Origin: a virus
Taxonomy: Duplodnaviria > Caudoviricetes
Strand: one strand, 5' to 3'
DNA length: 64,000 nucleotides
IMG/VR virus record: IMGVR_UViG_3300005544_000020
Span: 160,001-224,000 of that record
The position numbers and the translations under genes were made by a program. This document shows positions 16,488 to 25,512 of the stretch, piece by piece; the stretch's first letter is position 1; every line of letters starts with the position of its first letter. The notes beneath the pieces were generated by a model. It did not search any database. It saw only the letters and a program-made list of their open reading frames with translations, and was not told the origin of the DNA.

Positions 16488-16533
16488 TTGTCCACTATCT
16501 TTTATCAGTTAAGGATGTCAGGACAGGTCACAA

Positions 16534-16689
16534 CTATTTCGGCTTCCAGTCTTTCCCGAAGAACTTCTTTCCGGCAGCTTCGATCCGCTTTCTGGTCTTG
16601 GCGGAGAAGTCGGAGATCTCGCGCACTTGGTACGGGCCTCCCGTGATAATGACGTCGACCGATCCCAGACGGATCTTCTGCTTCTTCAT
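16534..16689 (-). CDS. small basic protein
   Basis: ATGA overlap with Mom-like stop. Confidence 0.5.
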   Translation of the reverse strand: MKKQKIRLGSVDVIITGGPYQVREISDFSAKTRKRIEAAGKKFFGKDWKPK

Positions 16690-17522
16690 GAGGCCACCTT
16701 GTCCGTGCTCTTGGGATACGCGGGGGACTTGGATTCCTCGCGAGCAGCGGCGAGAGCCGGACGCATGTGCTTGTCGAGCGCCCACGCGTACTTGTGATTC
16801 CCCCCATGCTTGAGGGGACGGGTAACGAGCGGGAGCCAGTGGGAGAGCCACACAGCCGGAACCTCGTCCAGCGGGCCCGCGCCGTAGGACTGGAGTTCCT
16901 GGACGGCGCCCTTCCAGCCCTGCTCCATCTTCCGGATCTTCTGCTCCGTGCGATGATTGAAGACGCGCCCATCCGGCAGCAGATGAAGGCGGCGTCCATC
17001 CGCGCGGCCGAGGTACGTGCCGGACAGCGCCTGATAGATCGTCCCGACGTGACCCGGAAGGACGATCTCGCCGGCGGCGGTCGCCCGGGGCATCGGATCG
17101 CTGAAGCTGACGACGCCCAGAACGCCGCGGAGTTCGCGGCCGGTGTCATCGACGATGACCTTTTTCTTGAGGGCGTCGAAGCAGCGCGCCAGGAACCACG
17201 TCTCGCCGTTCCCAGGAACCTCGTCGAGCAGGACGAAGCGGCCGAGTTCCGTGGCTTCCTTCCGATGGACCGGAAACACGTTCGTCAGGGTCCGGTCGTT
17301 CACCGGATGACTGAAGACCGCGACGCCCACCAGGATTCCATGACGGTAGAGGCCGTAGCGGAAGCGCGCGGCGGGGTAGTCGCCCGAGTAGTGGTGTTCC
17401 TGGACGAAGGCCTTGGGAATCTCGTCCGTGAGGATCTCCGCCACCTCGTACTCCGAGGGGCGGATCACTTCGCCGGACGGGCGCCAGCGGGCCCGGCCTT
17501 CCTCCCAGCGCTGGTTGAGCAT
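16686..17522 (-). CDS. Mom-like DNA adenine modification protein
   Basis: FVQEHHYSG, ELGRFVLLD..PGNGETWFL, VVSFSDP, GHVGTIYQA. Confidence 0.75.
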   Translation of the reverse strand: MLNQRWEEGRARWRPSGEVIRPSEYEVAEILTDEIPKAFVQEHHYSGDYPAARFRYGLYRHGILVGVAVFSHPVNDRTLTNVFPVHRKEATELGRFVLLDEVPGNGETWFLARCFDALKKKVIVDDTGRELRGVLGVVSFSDPMPRATAAGEIVLPGHVGTIYQALSGTYLGRADGRRLHLLPDGRVFNHRTEQKIRKMEQGWKGAVQELQSYGAGPLDEVPAVWLSHWLPLVTRPLKHGGNHKYAWALDKHMRPALAAAREESKSPAYPKSTDKVAS

Positions 17523-17525
17523 GGC

Positions 17526-17891
17526 CTACGCCCCCATCCTGCGCTCGGCCTCGTAGATCGCGTCGACCTCGCGCAGGTCGCGGCGATGCTGGTAGTAGGC
17601 CTTCAGTTCCTTCTCGAGGCCTTGGCGCTTGCACTCTGCGGCGTCGACGACCAGTTCCACGCGCTTGCCCTCGCAGCGCTCGCACGTGATGTCGTAGCGG
17701 CCCGAGAAGTAGCCTTCCTCGAAGTCCGGGTCGTCATCGAACTCTTCCTGGCCGATGCCGTTTCCGTCGATCGCGGGGTTGACGTGCTTGCCCTCGCCGT
17801 CGCAGCGGCTGCAGACCTCATACTTGGCCGGCAGCTCCACTTCGATCTCGCAGGTTTCCTCATCCAGGGTCGTGAACGTGATCGTCGCCAT
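17526..17891 (-). CDS. zinc-finger hypothetical protein
   Basis: CSRCDGEG / CERCEGKR; strong SD; first gene after promoter. Confidence 0.65.
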   Translation of the reverse strand: MATITFTTLDEETCEIEVELPAKYEVCSRCDGEGKHVNPAIDGNGIGQEEFDDDPDFEEGYFSGRYDITCERCEGKRVELVVDAAECKRQGLEKELKAYYQHRRDLREVDAIYEAERRMGA

Positions 17892-17921
17892 ACCGCCTCT
17901 CCTTCCTATCGAACTGTTGAG

Positions 17922-17950
17922 AGTATATACTCAAGCATATACTCAGTCAA
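17922..17950 (-). promoter_or_regulatory. strong sigma70 promoter with GAGTATA-N10-TATACTC palindrome
   Basis: TTGACT-N17-TATACT; A/T tract upstream. Confidence 0.8.
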
Positions 17951-17985
17951 TAGGTGAAAGCGGAATTCGAAAAAATAAATTCGGC

Positions 17986-18759
17986 CTACATTTTCCAGTC
18001 AGCGACCTGTCCGGAATCCTGCCCTGCTTCCACGGCCTCGAGGACCTCGGCGATCTTGAAGTCCTTACGAAACGAATGGCCGATCTCCTTCTCGACGGCG
18101 ACGTACTCCTTGAGCAGTTCCTTGTTCTCTTCCTGCTTTCCGGCCAGGACAAGCGCCGCCTTCGGCGCGAAGATGCAGAAGACGCAGGAGAGCCGCGGCA
18201 TCCCGAGCGAGTAGGCGACGTGCTGTGGGATCGCATTCGCCTTGATCGTCTCCCAGACCTCTTCGATCTTCATGTCCAGGATCGGAAGCCAGTCGTCAAC
18301 ATGGCGGCGGCCGTTGGTCCGCCGTTCGTTGACCTTGAAAGGGACCTTTTTCGCCCTGGCCGGCGACTCCTGGGCCCTGAGACCCATCACGTTCAGGACC
18401 TTGAGGCGGCGCTCGAGGCCGGGCGCCAATTGCGTGATCAGCTTGTCTATCGGCGCGCGTTTGAAGTCGCTCGTGCAATACCGGGCCATGGACGATGGCC
18501 ACATCTTCCGCCGGCGGACGTAGTCCAGAAGGCCTTCGCCGCGGGTCACGATGTGGAAAGGAATTCCGAGCTGCTCGGCCTGCTTCTTCACGACCGTATC
18601 CGCTCCCTTCCATTCTTCGCGGAAGGTGGCATGGCCTAGGACCAAGCGATCCTTGACGCCCTGGGCCTCCGCCATCTTGGTCACGTTCCAGGCCATCACG
18701 GAGGAGTCTTTCCCGCCGCTGGTGTTGAGCAGGACCAGGTCGTAGGCCGTGAGATCCAC
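17986..18759 (-). CDS. phosphoadenosine-phosphosulfate reductase family protein
   Basis: SGGKDS PP-loop, RYCTSDFK, GLRAQES, RLSCVFC. Confidence 0.75.
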   Translation of the reverse strand: MDLTAYDLVLLNTSGGKDSSVMAWNVTKMAEAQGVKDRLVLGHATFREEWKGADTVVKKQAEQLGIPFHIVTRGEGLLDYVRRRKMWPSSMARYCTSDFKRAPIDKLITQLAPGLERRLKVLNVMGLRAQESPARAKKVPFKVNERRTNGRRHVDDWLPILDMKIEEVWETIKANAIPQHVAYSLGMPRLSCVFCIFAPKAALVLAGKQEENKELLKEYVAVEKEIGHSFRKDFKIAEVLEAVEAGQDSGQVADWKM

Positions 18760-18966
18760 TTAGCCTACTTCTTTCATGGCGACCACATAGCGAACGTAGG
18801 AGTCCAGAGCCTCCTTGAGTTGAAGCTTGGCCTCTTCCTTCGCCTGGCTTTCCCGAGCGCAGAAATACCCTCGGTCATACTCGCACTTTTCTGCTGCGGC
18901 CTTGTACTCGGCATTCGCCGTCGCATACTTCTCGATCGCTGCCAGCAGATTCTCGAATGCACCCAT
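18760..18966 (-). CDS. hypothetical protein
   Basis: Operon packing. Confidence 0.55.
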   Translation of the reverse strand: MGAFENLLAAIEKYATANAEYKAAAEKCEYDRGYFCARESQAKEEAKLQLKEALDSYVRYVVAMKEVG

Positions 18967-18967
18967 A

Positions 18968-19261
18968 TCACCTTCCTTTCATGCGCTTTTCCAGCGCGCG
19001 TTCGCAGACTCCGTTCCCGCAGGACTCCCCGAACTGCTTCGCCGCTTTCTGGGAAAGGGCTTTCATGTTCCGATAGATCTCGCGGGTAATCACTCGGGCG
19101 TCTTCGAGACCGAGCTCCTTGTTGTAGTATCCCAGGCAGTATTGGCGACCCATGACCTCCACGAAGTATCCACTATCTCCACAATGGATGTCCATGTGCG
19201 CCGGCGACAGGTACACCCGCTTGCGGCCCTCGGGATAGAACCTATGGTCCATCTTCTTCAT
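18968..19261 (-). CDS. hypothetical protein
   Basis: Operon packing. Confidence 0.55.
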   Translation of the reverse strand: MKKMDHRFYPEGRKRVYLSPAHMDIHCGDSGYFVEVMGRQYCLGYYNKELGLEDARVITREIYRNMKALSQKAAKQFGESCGNGVCERALEKRMKGR

Positions 19262-19264
19262 GGC

Positions 19265-19999
19265 TCAGTCCCAGTACGCCATAGGATCTTCGTACGCCGG
19301 GAAGTTGGCCTCGATCCACATCTCCATCTCGAGTTGGATCATCTTCTGGACCCGATCGATGTCGAAGACGTTCTTCGGAACGAAGAACGGCTCGCGGCTG
19401 CGATAGACGATCTTCGGCTTGACGCCGCCGTGGTATTCCTCCTTCCGATCGAATTCCACGCCGTTGTCGTGAACCTCTCCCCAGAGCGGCTTCTCTCCGG
19501 GTCCCTTGAACTTATAGTCGCACTGGACCCGGACCGTATACCGACGGCTGAGCGCCCACCCGAAGGCCTCATAGTCGTAGAAAGCCCCCTTGAAGAAGAT
19601 CGTCCAGCGGGCCCGCTTCTTCTGGTCGAGGACGTAGCTGTACATCGAATGGAAAGGCGACGCGATCTTCGTCCACCCTTCGGGAAGCGTGCCCTCCTGG
19701 AGCATCTTGTCGATCGGACGGCCGAACTTGAAGCCCAGCTTGTCGAAGAACTCCTTCGGCGAGCCGAGCTTGATCGGAAGCTGCTCGTTCCGAACGAGTT
19801 CCTGCTGCTTCTGTCGTTCCTGGCGCTCGATGCCTCCGGGGGTCGCGGCCGCGATGAAGTTCTCCGTGAACTCCGGACCCTTCTGCATTGCCCTCGACAG
19901 GAGCTCAATCGGGATGTCCGAAGGTTCCACGATCCTGCAATCCTCCTCCTCGATCCAGACTCGTCCATCGAAATCCTGATAGATGCGCTTGGGTGCCAT
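19265..19999 (-). CDS. hypothetical protein
   Basis: Strong SD, biased codon usage. Confidence 0.65.
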   Translation of the reverse strand: MAPKRIYQDFDGRVWIEEEDCRIVEPSDIPIELLSRAMQKGPEFTENFIAAATPGGIERQERQKQQELVRNEQLPIKLGSPKEFFDKLGFKFGRPIDKMLQEGTLPEGWTKIASPFHSMYSYVLDQKKRARWTIFFKGAFYDYEAFGWALSRRYTVRVQCDYKFKGPGEKPLWGEVHDNGVEFDRKEEYHGGVKPKIVYRSREPFFVPKNVFDIDRVQKMIQLEMEMWIEANFPAYEDPMAYWD

Positions 20000-20039
20000 C
20001 GTCTTCTCCTTCCTTTAGAGGCTGTCCTCACACAGGCGT

Positions 20040-20291
20040 TTAGGCGCGCCCGTCCGCGCCGCAGAGCGAACAGCGATCGTCGTCATTCCAGACGTGCTGG
20101 TGCAGGCGGAGCACCCGAACCTCCTGGAGCGCCTTCTCGAGCATCTCCTCGAGGATCTTGTACGGATCGTGGGGCTCCCCCTCACTGTCCTCATAGATGC
20201 CGGTCAGATCCTGCATCTCCTTATCCCGGTTCGCCTTCTCCTTGGCGCCCTCGATCGCCATGAACAGCGTGTCCATCGTGACTGGAGTCAT
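20040..20291 (-). CDS. hypothetical protein
   Basis: SD GGAGAGGG; C-terminal HxW..CSLCG. Confidence 0.55.
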   Translation of the reverse strand: MTPVTMDTLFMAIEGAKEKANRDKEMQDLTGIYEDSEGEPHDPYKILEEMLEKALQEVRVLRLHQHVWNDDDRCSLCGADGRA

Positions 20292-20322
20292 AACCCTCTC
20301 CTATAAAGATTCCGCTTCTCGG

Positions 20323-20520
20323 TTAGCTGTTGAACTCGGAGTCCTTCATCTGGTCCTTCCAGGCATCCCAGTCGAAACCGGAATCATCGTTCTCCGCCAT
20401 GATGCGGGCGACATCGGCCCAGCTTCCGGGAGGAGGTCCCTGGATCACAGTATCCTTCTCAGGAATCTGACCGCTCCCGTCACACTCCGCGCAGGCTCCG
20501 ATGAATCCATGGTCGCACAT
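20323..20520 (-). CDS. hypothetical protein
   Basis: SD GGAGG; CAECDGSG. Confidence 0.55.
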   Translation of the reverse strand: MCDHGFIGACAECDGSGQIPEKDTVIQGPPPGSWADVARIMAENDDSGFDWDAWKDQMKDSEFNS

Positions 20521-20540
20521 GATGGCCTCCTTTATCTTTC

Positions 20541-20569
20541 TTTCCGCCCCGGGCTCACCGGGGCGGGAA
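20541..20569. repeat. GC-rich hairpin in intergenic region
   Basis: CCGCCCCGG-GCTCA-CCGGGGCGG at 20544-20566; no clean U-tract on either strand. Confidence 0.5.
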
Positions 20570-20616
20570 GGAAGTCCCGGGGCCCCATACTGGCGGCCCC
20601 AGGGGAGAGGGGTCTT

Positions 20617-21360
20617 TTAGTTCCGAGCTACCCCGCAGGCCGTGTCCATCAGGCCGTGCAGGGCCTGCGTGGCGCGCGGGCGCTCGAAGAGGTTCGACTC
20701 CTTCAGGATCTCGGTGAAGGCGTTGAAGAGACGCCAGCCGTTCCGGGCCGTCGTGAACTCGGCGTGCCGGGGCTCGCGCCACTCCTTCAGGATCTTGGGG
20801 ATGTACGTCACGGGCGCGATCCGGTTGTCGAGGGCCTGGATGACGATGTCGTGGGCCTGCGTGTCGGACATCTCGAAGCGCTTGTAGGTGTCGATCCGGT
20901 CGTCCTGCCGCTTGCGGAGGTCGCCGATCCGGCCGACGGCGGACTGGATCAGGTTGGGGAGATCGCGCTCGATGAAGACGGTGTGCTTGCGGCCGATCTT
21001 GACCTCGCCGCTGAAGGCGAGGTTGTCGCAGACGAAGACGCCCGAGCCGACCACGAGACCCGCGGGGAAGCTCTTGTCGTGCGAATTGCGGAGGCCGACG
21101 ACCAGCGAGTAGTCGACCGGGTTGTTGCCGTTCTTGAGCTGGAACATGCCGAAGTAGCGCTGGCCTTCGTGCGCGAGCGCATGGGCCTCCGTCACGACGT
21201 GGAGGCCGCTGCGGTCGAGCGATTCGATCACGCCGTTGATGAACCGCTTGTGGGGAATCGGGTGCCACGTCTCCGTCTTCCGAGGGGTCTTGACCACGTC
21301 CACCTGGGCGCGCTCGACACTCATCGCTCCCGCGTGCAACATCAAGTTCAGAGCCTTCAT
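20617..21360 (-). CDS. DUF932/DUF945-family phage/plasmid protein
   Basis: TETWHPIPH, GLRNSHDKS, VFVCDNLAF. Confidence 0.75.
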   Translation of the reverse strand: MKALNLMLHAGAMSVERAQVDVVKTPRKTETWHPIPHKRFINGVIESLDRSGLHVVTEAHALAHEGQRYFGMFQLKNGNNPVDYSLVVGLRNSHDKSFPAGLVVGSGVFVCDNLAFSGEVKIGRKHTVFIERDLPNLIQSAVGRIGDLRKRQDDRIDTYKRFEMSDTQAHDIVIQALDNRIAPVTYIPKILKEWREPRHAEFTTARNGWRLFNAFTEILKESNLFERPRATQALHGLMDTACGVARN

Positions 21361-21400
21361 CGTTGTCTCCTTCCAATCGCTCCCCTATTGGAGCTACTGG

Positions 21401-21429
21401 AGTATAGACCCGAGTATATAGCAGGTCAA
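21401..21429 (-). promoter_or_regulatory. strong sigma70 promoter, same class as 17922 and 25441
   Basis: TTGACC-N17-TATACT; upstream TATTTTTCAGAAATC. Confidence 0.75.
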
Positions 21430-21459
21430 GACCTTAATCGCGATTTCTGAAAAATACTT

Positions 21460-21678
21460 TTAGTCGGGCCCGACGCTTGAGAAGAGAGGGTCGATCCGGA
21501 TCTCGAAGCGCCGGCGCGCGACCTCGAGATCATTGAAAGGCCCAAAGATGGCATCAGTCTCCATGCAGGCGACGTAGTTCTCTTCCATCCCACCAGGGCC
21601 TTGCAGCCAACCCCAGAAAGGACCGTAGTCCGACTGCTTCAGGATCCGGACTTCGAAGCCGGTCTTGGGGTCGATCAT
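21460..21678 (-). CDS. hypothetical protein
   Basis: ATGA overlap start. Confidence 0.5.
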   Translation of the reverse strand: MIDPKTGFEVRILKQSDYGPFWGWLQGPGGMEENYVACMETDAIFGPFNDLEVARRRFEIRIDPLFSSVGPD

Positions 21679-22118
21679 GTCTTCTCCTTTTCGGCCCAAT
21701 GATCCGTCCCCGGCTTCAGATTCCGATCCGTCTTGCATTCGTTGGCGCCATGCTCTCCACAGCAGCCCCATTCGCCGCACTGATCGGGCCAGACCATCTG
21801 CTGGAGCTTGAACTCGGCGCTCTCCAAGGCCTTCCTGGCCGCGTGGTGAAGACCGGGATTCGTGTCGAGTTCATGCAGGATCAGGTAGAACAGATTCCGA
21901 GCCTCGCTCGTCGTGAGCGGGCCGTCCTTGGAGCTTTCCGGAACGTACTTCTCCATGACGTGCCCCTGCTTCAAGCACCAAAGGCATCCTTGCCTTTCAA
22001 GGCTCTCGACCTTCTCCTCGGCATGGAAGTCGTTTGAATAGACTCCCATCCTCACTCCGTCCTCGTAGATGGCGCCGCCAGGGCAGAAGACGATGTGCAG
22101 GGGCTTGAAGTCGTTCAT
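21675..22118 (-). CDS. hypothetical protein
   Basis: Operon overlap. Confidence 0.55.
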   Translation of the reverse strand: MNDFKPLHIVFCPGGAIYEDGVRMGVYSNDFHAEEKVESLERQGCLWCLKQGHVMEKYVPESSKDGPLTTSEARNLFYLILHELDTNPGLHHAARKALESAEFKLQQMVWPDQCGEWGCCGEHGANECKTDRNLKPGTDHWAEKEKT

Positions 22119-22405
22119 AGGATGTTCTCCAGGATCTCTCGGACCCCCTTCGCCTGGTCCTTCAGGATCTTGTTCTGTTCCTTGGTCGAAAGCCCGTTCC
22201 AGAATTGCGCAAATTTCGTGTGCTTGAGCAGCTTCTCCATGACCCGGTCGATGAGGCGCTTTACATTGTCTTCGATCCGGTGCCGGATCATGACCAGCTT
22301 GAGGTCGGCCCTCCCCGCGGTCTTCTTGTAAAACTGCCTGGCCGCTTTCTCGCTCGTGAAGAATTTCTTGAGCTCGTACTCGACTTCCCAGACCTGGCCC
22401 TTCAT
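22115..22405 (-). CDS. hypothetical protein
   Basis: Operon overlap. Confidence 0.55.
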   Translation of the reverse strand: MKGQVWEVEYELKKFFTSEKAARQFYKKTAGRADLKLVMIRHRIEDNVKRLIDRVMEKLLKHTKFAQFWNGLSTKEQNKILKDQAKGVREILENIL

Positions 22406-22608
22406 GCTTGCCTCACGATTTCCATGGCGACGTCGAGCGTCGACTTACGGAGCCGGTCGACGAAATCGTCGCCGACCATCCTCTTCTTCAGATCCGCGAG
22501 CTTCCTGATGATGTCCATCTTCTGCTCATGGAGCTGCTGCTGCCAGCAGGCCCGGTCATGATCGCCCTGCTCCATCCCGCAGGTTGTGCAACGAGTCGCG
22601 TTCATCAC
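22402..22608 (-). CDS. hypothetical protein
   Basis: CTTCG...HDRAC; overlap. Confidence 0.55.
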   Translation of the reverse strand: MMNATRCTTCGMEQGDHDRACWQQQLHEQKMDIIRKLADLKKRMVGDDFVDRLRKSTLDVAMEIVRQA

Positions 22609-22829
22609 AGCTTCTTCCCCGTCAACAGATAGACCATGTTGGCCTTCTTGCGGTCCGTATCGAAGCCGCCGTTCAGGATGGATCCCAACATCATCCTGTC
22701 CCGAAGAGCTTCGCCCTTCATCATGAGATCGGTGACCGTGGCCGCTTGCTGCCGGGCCTCATCGCGTTCCTGGAGCGCCTGGTAAAGTGCGTTCTCCAGG
22801 TCGGCGCAACGGTCGCATTTGTGGATCAT
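22605..22829 (-). CDS. hypothetical coiled-coil protein
   Basis: SD GAGGAG before ATG 22829. Confidence 0.5.
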   Translation of the reverse strand: MIHKCDRCADLENALYQALQERDEARQQAATVTDLMMKGEALRDRMMLGSILNGGFDTDRKKANMVYLLTGKKL

Positions 22830-22840
22830 GGCTCTTCTCC

Positions 22841-23296
22841 TCAGCGATTCGGATTCTTGGCTTCGGTCGACTTCTTGAGCGCATCCCAGCATCGAGAGAG
22901 GATCACGCCGGCCTCGGTGCCCATGAGGGCGTCCCACTTCTCTCGCTCGAAGTCGCGGACGTAGCGGAGAGCTCCGAGAGCCTGGATCGCCGCGGCCTCC
23001 ACGGAAGGAGTTGGATCATCCTTCGCGAAGACCTCTCCCACGATCTTGGGAGACGGCATCGGGACCGCCGCCGCTTTGCTGGACGGAGGATCGAACGGAT
23101 GCATCTCCATGAGATCGCTCAGGCAGCGAAGGGTATCTCCTTCTGGATGATGTCCCATCTTCAGGAAGTCTGCCTTGTTGTTCCGGACAGCCCGGAAGAG
23201 TTGCTCGAGGGTCATCACCCATCGGCAGTTCTTGCTATGGGTGGATTCGAGCCCGCAGAATGGGCACGGCTGCTGGGTCGTTGTCCAGGCCTTCAC
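22841..23296 (-). CDS. hypothetical protein
   Basis: CPFCG...HSKNC. Confidence 0.55.
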   Translation of the reverse strand: MKAWTTTQQPCPFCGLESTHSKNCRWVMTLEQLFRAVRNNKADFLKMGHHPEGDTLRCLSDLMEMHPFDPPSSKAAAVPMPSPKIVGEVFAKDDPTPSVEAAAIQALGALRYVRDFEREKWDALMGTEAGVILSRCWDALKKSTEAKNPNR

Positions 23297-23478
23297 TTGG
23301 TTGCCTCCCTATTCCAGTCCTTCTTGTATTCGCCCATCTGGTCGAAGAGTTCCTTGGCCTCTTCCTCTGAAATCTTCATAGTCATTTCGCCCGAACCCTG
23401 ACCAACCCTGATGAGGAAGATGCGCGGCTCGCCAGGCGCCTGACCGGACGTCCAGAGGAACTTGATGTCGCGTTTCAT
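23293..23478 (-). CDS. hypothetical protein
   Basis: ATG 23478 after upstream stop. Confidence 0.5.
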   Translation of the reverse strand: MKRDIKFLWTSGQAPGEPRIFLIRVGQGSGEMTMKISEEEAKELFDQMGEYKKDWNREATK

Positions 23479-23482
23479 CGCA

Positions 23483-23722
23483 TCACATCGTGTTGAACAC
23501 GATCTCCATCGCCTGTTCCTTCGTGAGCCCGATCGACTGGTTCTGCTCGTCGGCGAATTTCTTGGCGTCGTCCCAGGTCTTGAAGTCGAAGCCGCCCACG
23601 CGGATCGGCGTGTAGCCGCGGATCCCGTAGTCCGCGCGGCCGATGATGAAGCCTTCCGGCACCACGATGGCGGTGAAGGCATGCTTCCCGATCAGTTCTT
23701 TCTTCAGCAGTCCAGTCTTCAT
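23483..23722 (-). CDS. hypothetical protein
   Basis: Codon usage, packing. Confidence 0.55.
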   Translation of the reverse strand: MKTGLLKKELIGKHAFTAIVVPEGFIIGRADYGIRGYTPIRVGGFDFKTWDDAKKFADEQNQSIGLTKEQAMEIVFNTM

Positions 23723-23844
23723 CGTTTTCCTCGGCATTTCAGGCTATCTGGGCGGCGCACGACGGGTGCGCCAATGCAGATGGCCTTGTCATGCGGCACC
23801 TCGCGGTACCGGCCGGGCTGCATCCTTCCCAGCCTCGTCTACTT

Positions 23845-24102
23845 CTACCAGCCGAATTCCCGGCCGGTCCTGTTGATCATGGCCTGCACTTCAGGCGGAT
23901 TCTTGTTGTACTTGTAGCCGCAGGCCGGCCCGAGGCACATTCCCATCGTACGGCCGCCATTGTGGAGCATCCGATGGAAGCCAAGCGCACACCGGAGCGG
24001 CTGCTGCGAGCCGGACGCCCGGAGCTTGTGCCGGAAGATAGCCACCCCCACAACGGCCAGCATGATCACGATTCCAACCGTCATACCGATCATGAATTCC
24101 AT
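23845..24102 (-). CDS. membrane-anchored Cys/His protein
   Basis: N-terminal TM; CALGFH...C...C. Confidence 0.55.
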   Translation of the reverse strand: MEFMIGMTVGIVIMLAVVGVAIFRHKLRASGSQQPLRCALGFHRMLHNGGRTMGMCLGPACGYKYNKNPPEVQAMINRTGREFGW

Positions 24103-24113
24103 GGTGCTCTCCT

Positions 24114-24323
24114 TCAGTGGATCCGGACCTTGACCCGATTCCCGGTCCTGGTGTCCACCAGGATGAAGTACTTCAGATCTTCCGTGGGATGGTTCGGGAA
24201 CATCACGTAGTGATCCTTCCCGAGCTGCTGGCCCATGTGGTAGAGATCGTGGTTGAAAGGGTTGCCGGGGCCGGTGGGCGCCATCGGCTCCAGATGGCAG
24301 ATCAGGTTTTCCGTGTCGGTCAT
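24114..24323 (-). CDS. hypothetical protein
   Basis: SD GAGAGG before ATG 24323. Confidence 0.55.
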   Translation of the reverse strand: MTDTENLICHLEPMAPTGPGNPFNHDLYHMGQQLGKDHYVMFPNHPTEDLKYFILVDTRTGNRVKVRIH

Positions 24324-24336
24324 GGTTCCTCTCTTT

Positions 24337-24444
24337 CTAGTCGCAATCCGGCTCGCCCATGCACGGAGGGCACATGGGCTTGTCGGAACTCTTGGGCTTG
24401 CCGCAGTCGCAATGGAACGGGTCGCGATCATCTTCCGGGTCCAT
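24337..24444 (-). CDS. 35-aa zinc-binding peptide (not in ORF track)
   Basis: MDPEDDRDPFHCDCGKPKSSDKPMCPPCMGEPDCD; SD GGAGG. Confidence 0.45.
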   Translation of the reverse strand: MDPEDDRDPFHCDCGKPKSSDKPMCPPCMGEPDCD

Positions 24445-24538
24445 CAAATCCTCCGCCATGAAAAAGAACCGGGGGAGCTGCTCACTTAAGCGCGGCCCCG
24501 ATAGCAGCCATGCCGTACCGCGCGCCCGATTCGTTTCT

Positions 24539-24724
24539 TCAACTGCTCTGTTCGGTCTCCTTGGATTCCTTGGGTTGCGCCGCTTCCCATCCGGAGAGGA
24601 AGGCGTCCCTGATCCAGTCGCGCACGATCCCCTGGTTGAACTCCCTCGTGTTGCGCTGAACGCCGGGTAGATGCTCCTGCGCGTACTGGTTTGCCTGGGC
24701 TCTGACGTTCCGGGGGATGCTCAC
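24539..24724 (-). CDS. hypothetical protein
   Basis: GTGA overlap start. Confidence 0.5.
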   Translation of the reverse strand: MSIPRNVRAQANQYAQEHLPGVQRNTREFNQGIVRDWIRDAFLSGWEAAQPKESKETEQSS

Positions 24725-25053
24725 GCCTTCACCAATCCCCGATTGGGCTGCTCGGCCCTGGCGATCGCCCGCTGGAGGATCCCCATGGCCTTGTCGACCC
24801 AGCTCTTGCCCGGGGCGCTCTTCGTCTTGTGGGCTTCGAGCCAATCGGCCAGCCGGAAGACCGGGAACTGGCGAAGCTGCCAGTCATGCATCCCGGCCTC
24901 GAGCATGGTCTCGACGTGGGTGTGGATCCAGGGCTCCTGGATCTCCTTGCCCTTGGCCTCGAGCCAGCAGTCGAAGTGCGCCCAGTGCCGGGCCGCGTAC
25001 TTGAACATGTTCTGGCGCTTGTGGTCCTGTTTGCAGAAGCGGCACGTGTGCAT
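24721..25053 (-). CDS. hypothetical protein
   Basis: CRFC...HFDC. Confidence 0.55.
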   Translation of the reverse strand: MHTCRFCKQDHKRQNMFKYAARHWAHFDCWLEAKGKEIQEPWIHTHVETMLEAGMHDWQLRQFPVFRLADWLEAHKTKSAPGKSWVDKAMGILQRAIARAEQPNRGLVKA

Positions 25054-25054
25054 G

Positions 25055-25414
25055 TTACCCTCTCGAAATCATCTGGTCCGCGGTCGTCACCTTCTCCCAG
25101 CCGATGGGGACGCAGACGTAGGCATCGTTCCCCATCACGAGGACGTCGCCGATATGCGTCGAACGGAACCGGTTGCGGTCGGCCATCTTCACCTCGACCT
25201 CGCGATTGAGAGGCCAAGAGTGATTGATGTTCTGGGTCAGCCGGTAGGCCTCGTCCAGAGCGCGCAGATCGATGCTCTTCGTCTCGACGGAGGCGACGAG
25301 CTCGTGATTCTCGGGGAAGTTGATCGGCGTCATGCCGTCGCCGATCTCGGACAGCAGGCTCCGTTCACTCAGGGACCGCGCGTCCTTGACGTGGTACACC
25401 AGGATCTTGGTCAT
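25055..25414 (-). CDS. YodL-like domain protein
   Basis: LDEAYRLTQN...RSTHIGDVLV..AY.C...GW. Confidence 0.5.
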   Translation of the reverse strand: MTKILVYHVKDARSLSERSLLSEIGDGMTPINFPENHELVASVETKSIDLRALDEAYRLTQNINHSWPLNREVEVKMADRNRFRSTHIGDVLVMGNDAYVCVPIGWEKVTTADQMISRG

Positions 25415-25440
25415 CGCGTCTCCTTCCTTTGACTGGGTTG

Positions 25441-25470
25441 AGTATAGACTCCAGTGTATACTCATGTCAA
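25441..25470 (-). promoter_or_regulatory. strong sigma70 promoter with GAGTATA-N10-TATACTC palindrome
   Basis: TTGACA-N18-TATACT; upstream ATTTATTTTTCAGAAATC. Confidence 0.75.
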
Positions 25471-25512
25471 GCGTTGAAAACGGATTTCTGAAAAATAAAT
25501 TCCGGGTGGGAG

